64,000 bases of DNA, taken from positions 62,001-126,000 of the forward strand of contig JASANG010001546.1 of the NCBI GenBank assembly GCA_030248215.1, read 5' to 3'. How positions within the stretch are numbered: the stretch's first letter is position 1; every line of letters begins with the position of its first letter. The notes under the pieces were generated by a model. That model saw only the letters and a program-made list of their open reading frames with translations. It made no database searches and was not told where the DNA came from. Source of the stretch: Enoplolaimus lenunculus (lineage: Eukaryota). The translations under genes and the position numbers were made by a program. Positions 25,807 through 39,007 of this stretch are shown piece after piece.

Positions 25807-27608
25807 ACATATATATTTATATTTGTAACACATGCAATATATTACATGTTTATAAATATATAAAGATATATACATACATTTCTATATCTGTGAAGATTTG
25901 GCAAATTGGCACAAATAGGCTAGGCATAACAGTTTCAATTTTAATGACCAGCAACAAACAGCTAAAATTTTGTCGCAGTTATAGTCTGTAAAGTTGGCCA
26001 GCTTCCGGGTCAACACGGACCGGACTATATACATTTTCGTGTATAGCCACATCCGGCCTGGTCTCTGAGTCCTCTGTGTGCTGTTTTAACCACTAGCATC
26101 CGTGCCAACTACGCCAGGTAAGACTACTATGCGACCCAAACGCGATAAACATAAAATATTAAAGTTTCAGGTTTTTCAGCAAATTTAACCAATGATGCGT
26201 TTGTATTAAACGTATATGTTTGTTTAATTTCCATCAACTTAATCGAAACTGTAGTTTCAAAATGTTTTAAACAGGTTCAACAAACTCACCCGACGGTCGT
26301 ATATGTACGGTGCCACCGGGTATAAACTCACCGGTTAGTAGGTTCCGTGTAGACAGAGTCGCCTGATGCGCATCATCTTCGTCATCTTTGGTACTGATTG
26401 TGTATTATTACTGTATTTTGAAAGCTCTGTTTGAATAATTTGATTCAATGCGGCGAATAATTATGCGAGCGGATCGAGGATATTCTCTGGTGAACGGGGG
26501 GAGGGATGTGTGTACGTTTTTGTCAAAGTTAATAGGATGGCAAATGTTATGAAACGCAATTTTTTACGGTATGCTACAGATATATGCCATTGGCAGTGAA
26601 AAATTGTAAGGTAGACAGAGACGTTATCATTTTTGACAAGACATTTTGTGATGCTGAAAAATTGTAAGGTGGCGGGGGGACATTACCATTTGATCACTCG
26701 AAAATTTGTGATGGGGGAAGGTCGTACGCGCATTTGACCAAAAAACAATTGTTTAAAGCGGATGAATTTAAATTGATAATTGTCAACGTTTTAGGTATAT
26801 ACTTTGTTTAAAGTTTAATTTTAGTCAAAATCATTTAGAGTTAAATAGTCAGACTGTGAGGTTCCCAGTGAGGCAATATTCGTAGTGTCATTTGTATTTG
26901 GTGGTATTTTGCTCCCGGAAAATATCCAAAGGATTTGTCGGTTTATTTGGAATTTTAGTATTTGGTTCAGGCGTGAGTACTAAACCTAATTTAGTATATA
27001 TTACAGTATTATATATCTAATATATTTATATATGAGCAAACCAACCGGCACATATATATTTATATATGTTTATAAAGTTTGTCGTTCCCAATGCATATAT
27101 ATATTCGAAAAGTGTTGTTGTGTTGCCTCGGCGAATATGGTTTTCGGTTTTGTTTCATTTTTCGATTTAAATAATTTATAATTTTCAATATACAACAAAA
27201 AAGTTTGAGTTTGTTCACAATTTGAAAAGTTTCACACTAATGCTTTATCGAAGCAACGAAGGCAGAAGGCCTCGTTTCCACATATATGTACACATTTGGC
27301 TCGAAACACACCACCACGTTTATCATCATTATTATTATTATTATTATTGTTATTATTATCTCTTTCGGGATGACGGGTATACTATGTGCTAAGCCAAATG
27401 CTTTGACGGGAATGTGGTTTTTTTACTGGTCCGTTTAGTGTAAATCGCGATTTTTTGAGTTGAATTTGAGAACAAATTCCTGGTTTCACGGGATTCCGGA
27501 TTTAAACTTAGGTTTGGGTTGAAATTGGTTCCGTTTGGTTTTGAACCATAACGCGACTTATCATCAGGGTTTGTTTCATAACAATCGTTTGTGTCTATTT
27601 TACGCGTT

Positions 27609-27613
<5 letters not shown>

Positions 27614-27696
<83 letters not shown>
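27614..27696. repeat. (TA)n microsatellite
   Basis: Direct reading. Confidence 0.95.
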
Positions 27697-27699
<3 letters not shown>

Positions 27700-28087
27700 A
27701 CGTTTTTAGACGTGGGCTTTCTGGTTTTATTTACAATTTTAAAACGCGTTTTAGCAAATATTTTGGTATTTTTTATGATTTTAGTAAATATTTCAACAGA
27801 ATTTGTTTCCAAATTCAAATTTTTCATTGTCGCAGGTCTTCGATTTAAAATGAAACTAATAATGCTTAAATTTGATAGATAAATACTGTATGAATATTTA
27901 AAAAACGTTTGTCTTGAACAAGAGCGTCCCCACGGGGGCATTGGGGGCCGTGCCCCACCCCTCCCCGCAAATTTGGCTGGCGCTCCACAAATAAACTCGG
28001 TCGAAAAGTAAACAATCTTGAATTGCAGTCGTAGGGGATGTCCAAAATTATTTGGTGCCCCCTCAATTTTGGTGTTGAACTACAAAG

Positions 28088-28269
28088 GGCCCATGTTACT
28101 TTAAGGGGCGTTCAGGTTTCTGGTGGGTCTGTAAAAGAGTATGTTTTAAGAGATTACAGTTTTTTGCTTAGGCTTAGGAACACATTTTTGCAACGCTTAG
28201 GCTTAGGCTTAGGCTTAGGCTTCGGAATACGCTTAATCTACTGTTACGCTTTTTAAAGTAACATTGGCC
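28088..28269 (+). mobile_element. MITE family A (TTAGGC-bearing)
   Basis: TIRs GGCCCATGTTACTTTAA / TTAAAGTAACATTGGCC; perfect 8-bp TSD CTACAAAG. Confidence 0.92.
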
Positions 28270-28730
28270 CTACAAAGTATGATTGGCAACACAGTTGTTT
28301 TTTAAAGTTGTGTTTTGGCTTTAATGTGCTTTAATCATCCAGAAACGCCGACAAGGATATGCGTTGTTGACATTTGACGCACTTGCAGCATGCGAAGTGG
28401 CTGCGTTATCAGTCGTATTTAGAAAATATTTCAAATTTAATTTTAGTTTTTCTTTGATGCCCAAAAACGTTTCGTAATTTTCCATTTTTCTTTTGACCAC
28501 ATTTTTTTAGGTTCAGCAAAAGTTTCGTTTATCGCGTTTTGGATTTGCGTTAAACCAGCAGCGGGTTTCAAGGTTCAATGGCCTAATTGAAGTATTCATG
28601 GGTGCTCGGGTTTTGGCCTTTTTATGAAGTGCAATTTTGATGCTGGATTCATTTTTTCATTGATAACACAAACATCACGACGGCCTGTATTTAGCGTTTA
28701 GCGAATGGCTGTGAATGAAACGGTTTGAGG

Positions 28731-29155
28731 CAGGGTGCAATCCGGATTTCGATTTCGATTAGAATTCCGATTTAAAACGAGTTCCGATTCTGATTCCGGC
28801 AGCGCAAGCAATCGGAATCGGAATTTTCGCATTTTAATTTCTTAGGCCTACTTGTTGTGATATGTTGTATAAAATTCAGCATCATTTGTCGATTAAATTG
28901 TTTTCGATAAGTTAACTTATCAATAATTGATTGTAGTTTGGCTTTACAGGGTCAAAAAATGATTGTCGATGTGTTCATGCAACGTTTTTGAGAATTGTTG
29001 CCAGCCAACAGACACTCTATATATCAATATTATACTTGTTAATACGCAATTATCCGCATAGTCACAAATGTTGCAGTTCCGATTCAGATTCCGATTCCGG
29101 TATAAATTTGCTGTTCCGATTCCTCCGATATAATCATGTTCTGCTTTGCACTCTG
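28731..29155 (+). mobile_element. hAT-like MITE family D2
   Basis: CAGGGTGCAA / TTGCACTCTG; TSD GTTTGAGG / GTTTAACG (6/8); colinear with the 11149 copy. Confidence 0.85.
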
Positions 29156-29462
29156 GTTTAACGTCGTTGTTATCGCTGCATATTTTTAAAAGTTATTCTC
29201 AAACGATTTGCTTGTTCAAAAAGTATAAGTTTCGATTTCATAATTTATTGTTTTTTTCACTGAAAAATTGAAAACTTTATTTTTGGGGAACTGCAAAATT
29301 TTGAAATTTAAATTACGATTTTGATTCGGTTTCCTTTTGCTATTTGCGAGCAGAAAGAACGCTCCAACGTCTATCACCAACCTTCAAAAAAGTTACCTGG
29401 TGAACGCATGATATTGTGGAAGTTGCATAACTCATTTTTCATTTCAACGCTGGTTATTTCAG

Positions 29463-30067
29463 GTTCAAACTACGTTCGTGACCAGTAATTATTACGAGCC
29501 AAATTTACCTAACATATCGTCATTGGAGTGCAATCATGACACGTCATCATTCAACCGTTGTATAACGCAGTCCCAATCTTGCGTACCATCAACGGTGCCA
29601 CACTTACTTTGCACTCAGCCATATCAACCTGTATTATCGAACACAGACTCCTGCATTGAACAAATTATGATCAAAGATCGACCAAATTCCGCAACAGCTT
29701 CTGTCAGTGGCCGTCCTAATGGCGAACAAATCGCGATCACCGACAGCCAGGAGCACAACAGGAGTGACAGTTCTCAAGACTCAGCCACCACCGCCGCCGA
29801 GAGTAACCCGGTATCCGTAGGAGTAACTTCTGCGAGTAGTTGCCTCCAGTTGAAAGAATACGCAGCAAGTGGCAAGAATGCGACAAGTAGCAGCAATCAG
29901 GAGAGTGATAAGAGTGGCGATGATGAGTATCGGAGCAACGCGACTCCGGGCGATTTAGCGGCAATTACAGGAGTGACTGATGCGTGCGCGGAGTTGCAAC
30001 GAAATACACGACAGATGGACGATATCAATGATGGCAAGAGTAGAAGTGGGGAGGTTGCAAGCGAAGG

Positions 30068-30100
<33 letters not shown>

Positions 30101-30177
30101 GGAGTTAGAAGAGCTTGAACAAGTCGACCACGTTGCATCAGTGCTGTTAGAGCTGAGAAGTGGTGGTTTGACAACAA
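29463..30177 (+). CDS. Multi-C2H2 zinc-finger protein, first visible coding exon
   Basis: Acceptor TATTTCAG at 29462, donor A|GTAAGT at 30178; open frame; phase-1 join is in frame with the next exon. First in-frame ATG at 29667; an upstream exon is possible. Confidence 0.75.
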
Positions 30178-30432
30178 GTAAGTTTATGAAATTTCGTTTG
30201 GGTGAAAACTCTGGCACCTGTATGGTTCCAGGCACAGTGCTAGTCATTTCTCCCACAAATGGCCCATGCATAACTATTGAGGGTCGTAACAATAGTATAT
30301 AAGCATATTCTTCAGCATAAGCTTTTTTAAGCCTAAGTCTATTCTTATTCCTATGTAAAAAATTTTCACTGAGTAGCTGAAATTTAAAAAAACGCCAAAA
30401 ACTGTTTATTCAAGTTTTTAATATTTTTGCAG

Positions 30433-33400
30433 GAACAACCAATACGCGTGAACAAAACGGCGGCCGCGGTGATCAATTAGCCAATAGCGTTACGCAAGAC
30501 GAATTGTCCAATGAAACGTCAACAAATTTATCACCGGATCGAAATTCGCCAATCACAACAGCTACAACGGCAACATCGTCTTCAAATCAATCGTCAGCGA
30601 AAGCGTTTAATCCTGAAGCGTACTGTGAAATTTGTGAAAAACAATTTTGCAACAAATACTTTTTGCGAACACACAAAATTCGAAAACATAATAACAGCAG
30701 CAGCAGTAGCAACAACAACAACAACAACAACAATAATAATAATAATAATATAGAAACAGGAATTGAAATCACTGACGATAAATCGAGTACGTTACCAGAA
30801 GGCAGCACATCAACTGTAGGACCGTTCGTACAGCAAGCAATGGATCCTGGTCGACAAGTGGTGACGACTGATGGAGTTGTACCGTTGAATATTTCGAAAG
30901 GAATCCCTTTGGATCATATTGAATCAATGGACACCACAGTTGGTTTTATGACAAATTTGACCCATGCGACACGCCAGGCAACTGATGGCGAGTCTATTCA
31001 AAAAGTGACAGCAACCGGTAGTCGTTGTGGTAGCAGTAGTAGTAGCGTATCGACAGAAGATGCAGTTGAAGAGATTAATTTAAAATCAGAAATTGTGGAT
31101 TTTAATTTGGCAACTGGCAAGAAATCTGAGAACGACGACGTCCTGGGTTGTGAAATTGGTGGTGAAGTGGTTTCTCGCGGTTTCTGGATTCAAAATGGAG
31201 CAATAAATGAACTGCAGTATAATGAACAACGAGAACAACAACAACAACAACAACCACCACCAGAGGCAAATGGCCAACGAAAACAATGCCGTGAGCGAAA
31301 AGATGGACACGAAGATGAACAGCTAAAGCAAGAACAAGAAGAACAGCATCCGCTACAGCAGCAGCAACAGCAACAACAACAGCAACAACAATCACAGGAG
31401 CAACAACAACAACAACAACAATCACAGGAGCAACAACAACAGCAACAACTGGAATTACAGTTAGAAGTAGGTTCAAGTATCAACCTTGTCGATCAGTCGT
31501 CACGAACTTCGTCCGATTTTCGACGAGACAGCTCGCCATTTGAAGGGTTCGACGGATACCCAAGTAGTGCTGGAGTAACACCAACAATTACCGCAACAAC
31601 AGCAACAACATCCAGTGGAGCAACAGCTATCCACTTCCACAAATGCCGATCCCCAGAACGTTCAGTGTCACAGACGTCTCCGGCGCTATCAACAACGTCG
31701 TCACAGAGGACACTGACGACCCCACCAGAAGGTAAATCGGTTTACCATAGCCAGGCTGGTAGCAACAACAACAACAACAATCCAGCTAAGCGGAATCTGT
31801 TGCCGTCTTCTCAAACAACATCAGCGGTTCAATCTCAACGAGGAGCGATGGGCAGCGGTGAAGCGTACTGTGAGCTGTGTCGTAAAGAATTTTGCAACAA
31901 ATATTTTCTTCGAACGCATAAGTTTAAAAAACACGGCATAGTAACCGGACCGGAACCAAGAGCTGAGCGATATCGGCACCAGTATCAACAGCAGCAGCAG
32001 CATTCTAATCTCGATGAAGGGTCTTTGGCGAAAGTGGGGTTGAGCGGCGCTCAGCGACTGGCGATGTCCCCGCCGGCAAAGGTACCGATGGTTGCGAATG
32101 ATGCGAGTGGTTCTGGACGCGGCCAGCAGTTGATGCAACAACAACAGCAACAACTCAGTTGTCGAACGTCGATGATTCCATCGGCAACTTGGAAACTGTC
32201 ACCTCGAGCGAAAACGATTTGCAATGTTGCCCAACAACAGCAGCATAATCGGCGATCTCGATTGCAACAGGAGCAAGAAAAACAACAGCAACAAAAGACA
32301 CCAGGCGAAAATTCGCCGAGTATTGTTGAAAACGACAACAACAACAACAACAACAACAACAACAGCAACAACAACAACAACAACAACAACACGGCAGAAA
32401 TCACAGTTGACAGCCCTGCATCGCTGTTTAGTGATGTCGCAACGAAAATTCCACGAATGGATCGCTTGGACGAAGATGACCCAAGTGCAGCTGGAATCGA
32501 TATCAGTCAACAACAGCTGGGCGCGCCCGATCATCCCAAACGTGTAAACAGCGGCGATCCGAGACGTCTAGACGACACGACTGGGATACAGTTTAGTTCC
32601 CAGATCACGCGTTATCCGTCTGGCATCGCTGCTAGTGTTGCCGATACTCTCGTCCAGTCGAGCTACGAGCAACAACCAGTACCCGTACTGCACGAATTTG
32701 GACCACAGCCAAACGTTGCGATGTCAATGTTCGATTTGATCGCGGCACAATTTCAGCATAATTTATCTTTGGCGGCGATGTTGCAGCAACGGAACGAGCA
32801 GCGAAATGAAACCGATGATCAAGAACAACAACAACAACAACACCACCACCAACAACAACAACAACAACAACACCAACAACAACAACAACAACAGCTGATA
32901 GAATCGTCGATGGCGTTAGCACAGCTCGCAGCGGCAGCTGCAAGCGAATCTGGCCAAAACATACCTGGAACTGTCGCATCGCCAGTTGATATACAACATC
33001 CACAACAACAACAACATCATCATCAACAACCGCAACATCAACTTGCACCTCTAGGAAATTTGGGATTGAATTTGCTGAATAATCTGGGATTCAGTACGGC
33101 AAACGATACAAACGGCGATGGCAGCTGTAACGGTTTGCCTGGCGTCGCAGCGGTTGTCGAAATGTTTAAGCATGCGACGGAAGAGCAGCAACTTCAACAA
33201 CAACAGCAACAACAACAACAGCAACAACAACAACTTCAGCAAGAACAACAACAACCACAGTTTGATATCAGTGGTAAAATTGAAGACGGCACTGACGATG
33301 CAGCTATGATTGACGTAAGTAATACACCAGATGTGTCGTTACACTCTGTTCAAATACCCGCTGGAGTTGACCCTGAAGCGTATTGTGAGTTTTGTCGCAA

Positions 33401-36188
33401 AGAATTTTGTTCAAAATATTTTTTGAAAACCCACAAAATGAATATTCACGGCATTCAGTCGGTGTTGCTCGAATCGCCGCCAACACAAATTGCTGGTTCG
33501 TTCTATTCAACTACAAGCCAACAACAAATGATCGCAGTAAACAGTACAGTTACTCCGAGCGTCGCGTTCACCGACTGTTTTACCCCGATGAGTTGTGTCG
33601 GAAGTCAAACTCTGCAGCCGGTAAGCGTAAATGCGTCCAACAGTGCTTACTCACCGTCAGAAACACTCAATTTGACTACGGCTAATAGTCAGCGTCGTGC
33701 GGCTGCAGCTAGCACGCTATTGGCGAGTTCGTCTAGCGCTAGATCATCGCTACAGTCGCCGCTGATTGGCTCGTTTCAACAGCTGCGGAGCCCGACACCA
33801 GCCAATCAGCGACGATCTAGCGACCCGCAGTCGGATTGCACTAATCCTGCAGCTGCGCCTGAGAAATTGTCTGGCTTAAATATGAGCAATAAAAATAATC
33901 TAAATGAACCGACGACACCGTTGACCAATGAAAATAGCAACAGCGGCGCTAAATGCAAAAGCCAATCAAAATCGACCACGATGGTGCCAGCGGCGACTGC
34001 CGCCGCCGCCGCTGCCGCTACCGACGTAGGACTGACTCCTGTTGTCCCGCGGACGACGCCAGGCAAAAATTATTGCGATATTTGCAACAAAGAATTGTGT
34101 AACAAATATTTTCTACGAACGCATATGGCGAAAATGCACGGACTACGAATTGACGAAAATAAAACAATAATTGGTATAACAGACTGTAGCGGTGATGCAA
34201 ACTCTGGCGTCAGCAACAAAAATCTTGACCAACATCGATGTGATATTTGCGGCAAGCAGCTTAGTTCGCGACATTTTCTCCGGTCACATAAAGCTACAAT
34301 TCATGGCGTACGCGAGGGCGACAGTAGCGTTCAACTGTCGTCGACGCTTAGCCGACCCACCACGGCTACTACACCGTTAACACTGGCGTCTCAGTATTCA
34401 GCCTATACCCCAGTCAACTCGAGCTCAGGCGTGACCAGCTTGATGCAATCTCAGACACCGATCGTAGATTATTCTACACCGTTTCCGGGTGCCACCGGGA
34501 TTTTGTCTGGGTTATCATTATCGCCGTCGGCATCGTTTAAGTTAACCAACGACTCAACGCAACAACAGCAACATCCGCATCCTAGTGATGCGGTTGTTGC
34601 GTTGGCGTTAGCGAATAATTTAGCCATCGCTAGCGGCCGACTACCGTTTTTTGCGGCCGCGGTGGGCGCTAGCGACGGCGGCGATAATGTCTGCGGCATT
34701 AACGTACCACAGCAGCAGACGATGCCAGCTGCGCTGTCTTCGTTTCTACCAGCACAGCAGACATCGTCGACACCGTCGGCGTTGTTGTTGAATGCAGCTA
34801 ATTTGTTGCTACACAACAACAACAACACCAACAATAATAATAATAGTAGTAGTAGTAATAATAATAATAACAACAATAATAATAATAATAATAATAATAG
34901 TAATAATAATAATAGTGAAATCCATAACTCAGGTATTCCAATTTGTGGCACTGATTATCTGAGTTGTGGCAATAATAATGCTGCTGCGGCCGCGGCCGCT
35001 AGTTTACTGTCGCCGTTAATCAATCCGGCAGAGCTCGCGTATGCGGCGGTAGCGTTTAATGCTGCGACTGCTTTTGGTGGTATTGCTTCGCAGCAGCCAC
35101 CAGAGCAACAACAGAATGATCAAGTTTCACTCAACAACAACAACAACAACAACAATAATAATAATAATAATAATATCACTGGTGGTTGCGATTTAAATAA
35201 CTCAGACCATAATGAACCGATTTCGTTGTTGCTACGCGAACAACACGCGACCCGGTACGACAGCGAACTTGAGCAGGCAAAACACGACACCCGAGACAAT
35301 GTTAATGCTATCACCACGGATCAGGGTGCGAGCGTTTCCCGGTCTCCCTCGGATAAATCGTCTGTCGCACGCTATTATAGTCGATATCGCGAAGTGTGTG
35401 GCATTTGCGATCGACGCTTTAAAGGCGTCAAATGGCTACGGTCACATTTGTGGTCTGAGCATCGTATTCAACTTGGCACGAGCTTTGTTGCCGGCGGCGC
35501 AGCTGGTCCTACGACAGGTGTCGATGGTTCCTGCAACACGAGTGGTAACGTCGATGCTGAGATAGCAAGTGATTTTGGCGAGACAATCGCTGGCGTTAGC
35601 GTCAAAATTTCAACTGATGATGGCGATCAAATTTCTGAACCGGAATCGAACCCGGAAAACGGGGCGACACCGTCGACTCCGGATATTGTGTGCGATTATT
35701 GTAATATGTTTTTTCCGGATATGGTCGAAAAACAAATACATATTGCGAGTTGTTCACAGCAATGCCCGCAACAGCAACAAGCGATTTTAGATACGGATGT
35801 AAACTGTCGTTTTGGAGCGTCGAAATCAGGTCTCAAACATGGTACGACGTTTCCAGGAACAGCTGGAACCAAACTGAAATGTGACGCTGAGAGCCGTCGC
35901 TCACGTTCGTTGTTGTCGGCGTCGATTGTAGTCGACGAAATTGCACGAAGGCATTCGTTGGCTGCCGCAACAACAACAACAACACAAACAACAGCAACAA
36001 CAACAACAACAACAACAACAACGGAAGCGACAACAACAACAACAACAACAACAACAATCGCTGTCGAATCCGACACTTCTCAGGATTACCATCGCCAACG
36101 AGAGCAGTTGTCGTCTGGTGCCAGCAGTATTAGCCACACTAACAATGACAAAGGAGGCGACATCATCTACAACAGCAACAGCAGCAGC

Positions 36189-36226
<38 letters not shown>

Positions 36227-37646
36227 TAACTACAGCAACAGCAACAGTAACAACAACAACAACAACACATCGTCGTCGCTGTACGAATGCGCATACTGCG
36301 ACTACAAATCGAAATGGCAGTCGAATTTGTGCGTTCACGAGCGACGACACACAACGATGCTCAAAAGCGACGCCGCGACCGCTTTGGTGTTGCCGCCGAC
36401 ATCAGGTGTCGCGGCACCAAATGTTGCGGCAACCGTCGTGGGATCGATGCAACTACCGACAGTCGCCACAGCAGCAACAACGTCTGGATCGACGTCTACT
36501 GCCGCGGGTGTCAAACCGTTGATGTGTCCGATTTGTTTACGCAGCTATCGATATTATCATTCGATGCAACGGCATTTGAACACTCATCGCATCAAGCTGA
36601 CAATGTCGTGTATTCAGCAAGGAAGATCGGTCGGCGAGCAACAGCAAGAACAACTACAACAACAAGAACAAGAACAAAAAGAAGAAAATGAAGAACGAGA
36701 GCAAAGAGAAGAACAAACACAGCAAGAACAAGCGTTCCAGAAACAAGAAAAAGAAGAACAACAACAGCAACAACAACAACAACATATGAAAGAACAACAA
36801 CATCAAACGATGGGTACAACTGCAACAACCTCGGGTTTAAACAACACTGATGCCAAAGCGATAAACCACAACTTTGTTCAGGAAACGCCGCCCAGCGTCG
36901 CTTCGTTGCGTCGCACCATAAGATTGCCAGCTTTTGGTTTCAAATGCTTCACGCTCGCTGCTGACGGCCAACACCAACAGCTGCTAAAACGTAGCGTACA
37001 ACGAGCTAAAAACAAGCGAAGATCCATTTCGAATAGTTGTCCTACTGTCCGCTACACGAAACGTCGCCGTTTGACAGCTAATTCCACGCAGTCGCCAGAG
37101 TCTTTGACGCCTGCCGGCGCTAGACACGCCCGTTTGTGTACTCCTGGTAGACAGTGGAACAGTTGTTGCCGATCGGAAGAACGCAAGAGTGACAAGAGTG
37201 CGAGTGGTAAACGACGCCGCCTTTATGTCACATTTCCATGTGTCAATTGTAATAAAGTGTTTCATAGCCGTGAAACTTATCGCGTACATTTTGACGCAAT
37301 TCATGCCGTTTTGCCAAACTCTCAACCGGATATTTGGTGCAGGAGTAGCAACACAAACGAGAGTGGACGCAATATCAGGATTGCTCCTTCGGATGGGAAA
37401 ATCCAATGCGCTGCCAGGCGACTACAACTAAGCCCTGGTATACTCCGACCGGGAATAGCTCAAGGATCAAACGAGACTGGACGGATTGATATGGATGACG
37501 GAGGGAATGTCAGTGGTGACCGAACGTGCCGTAAAACATCATCCACGCTGGAAAATCGGCCAAAAACGACGAAAAAGTTATTTCGTTGCAAATTGTGCGA
37601 AATTCGATCTAAAGACTACAACGAGCTCTGTACACATTTGATTGTG
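30433..37646 (+). CDS. Multi-C2H2 zinc-finger protein, 7214-bp exon (putative transcription factor)
   Basis: Acceptor TTTTTGCAG at 30432, donor GTG|GTAAGT at 37647; ORF of more than 2380 codons; 10 complete fingers including four of type YCxxCxKxxC(N/S)KYFL(R/K)TH-x4-H; poly-Q/N/T/A tracts. Confidence 0.93.
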
Positions 37647-37669
37647 GTAAGTTGAAACGTTTCTACAAA

Positions 37670-38055
37670 ACTTATAAGTTTTTGAGATCGCTGGTTGGTC
37701 GCTTGATTTTCCAACGTTTAATATTAAAAACTGCTGGTATCCTATCAGTAAACAGCGACTTATCTTTGATTCGACTTATAAGTTTTTGAGATCGCTGATT
37801 GGTCGCTTGGTTTTCCAACGTTTAATATTAAAAACTGCTGGTATCCTATCAGTAAACAGCGACTTATCTTTGATTCGACTTATAAGTTTTTGAGATCGCT
37901 GATTGGTCGCTTGGTTTTCCAACGTTTAATATTAAAAACTGCTGGTATCCTATCAGTAAACAGCGACTTATCTTTGATTCGACTTATAAGTTTTTGAGAT
38001 CACTGATTGGTCGCTTGGTTTTCCAACGTTTAATATTAAAGACTGCTGGTATCCT
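37670..38055. repeat. 104-bp minisatellite, 3.7 copies, intronic
   Basis: Unit starts 37670, 37774, 37878, 37982; copies nearly identical. Confidence 0.95.
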
Positions 38056-38114
38056 TGAAAATATTTCAGTCAGTTAAAATAATTAATAGGATCGCTTTTA
38101 TTTTTACGTTGCAG

Positions 38115-38960
38115 GCGCACGGTATTGTAACGAAACGAAACTCGCCAAACACTGCCCGAACGCTACAAGGAGTCCTGGATGAGTTTCGCAATCGTTTGGC
38201 GCTGTATCAACCTGGACTGTCGCTAACAGCTGTCAGAAATCGTCAGCCTATGCGTTCTGATACCTATGGGTCGGAATCAAAATCACCACTGAACTCTGGT
38301 CTGTTCGAATTTGGCATCAAATCTAATGACAGCGGCGCTAACGTGCCTTCATATTATTCTAGTCTACAGCTTGTACAGCAAGACTCGGGCAGATCTGACC
38401 AAGGCGTTTGCCCGAACACCAGTAGTTCGAGAAAGTTAAGGTCCCAAGCAACTCAGGATAGCGATGTACCAGTGGTTGAAGGCGGCGTATCAGTGACGCC
38501 AGCTGACGATATCGTTGGTAGCTGTGTTCCGTTAGCTGTCAGTACGAATGGTGTGACGAGTTTTGAATCTGGGTTGAATTCAACTCAACCGGCGGTTCCT
38601 CGAGTTGAAAAACGACGACGAAATTGCTCGCGACGTCAGACTGACTGTACTATTGATTTGAGCTCGACTTCAAACAAAAGCAAGAAAAATAACAGCTGCA
38701 ACAATATCAACAATAATAATAATAATAATAATAACGTTAATAATGATTACAATAATAGTGATAATGGTAGTAATAACAATAATAAATTTGGCAAGAAAAT
38801 AAATAGACGAAAATGCTCAGGTGACGTTGATGCTGGCGGCGACCAGGCATTCAGTAACGACGAATCGGCTGATTTTGATCGTGGAACCGTGGCAAGTGAT
38901 ATTAATACGTCAAAGTTCAATAATCACAATGGTGATAGCAGTATTAACGACAACTGCAGC

Positions 38961-39007
<47 letters not shown>

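Noticed and set aside
22495..27941. ORFs containing IYIYIY runs
   Set aside because: (TA)n microsatellite read-through
38055..38114. ORF-track start for a separate 448-aa protein
   Set aside because: The TTG start lies in the intron; splicing at 38114 joins it to the upstream exon and completes a zinc finger
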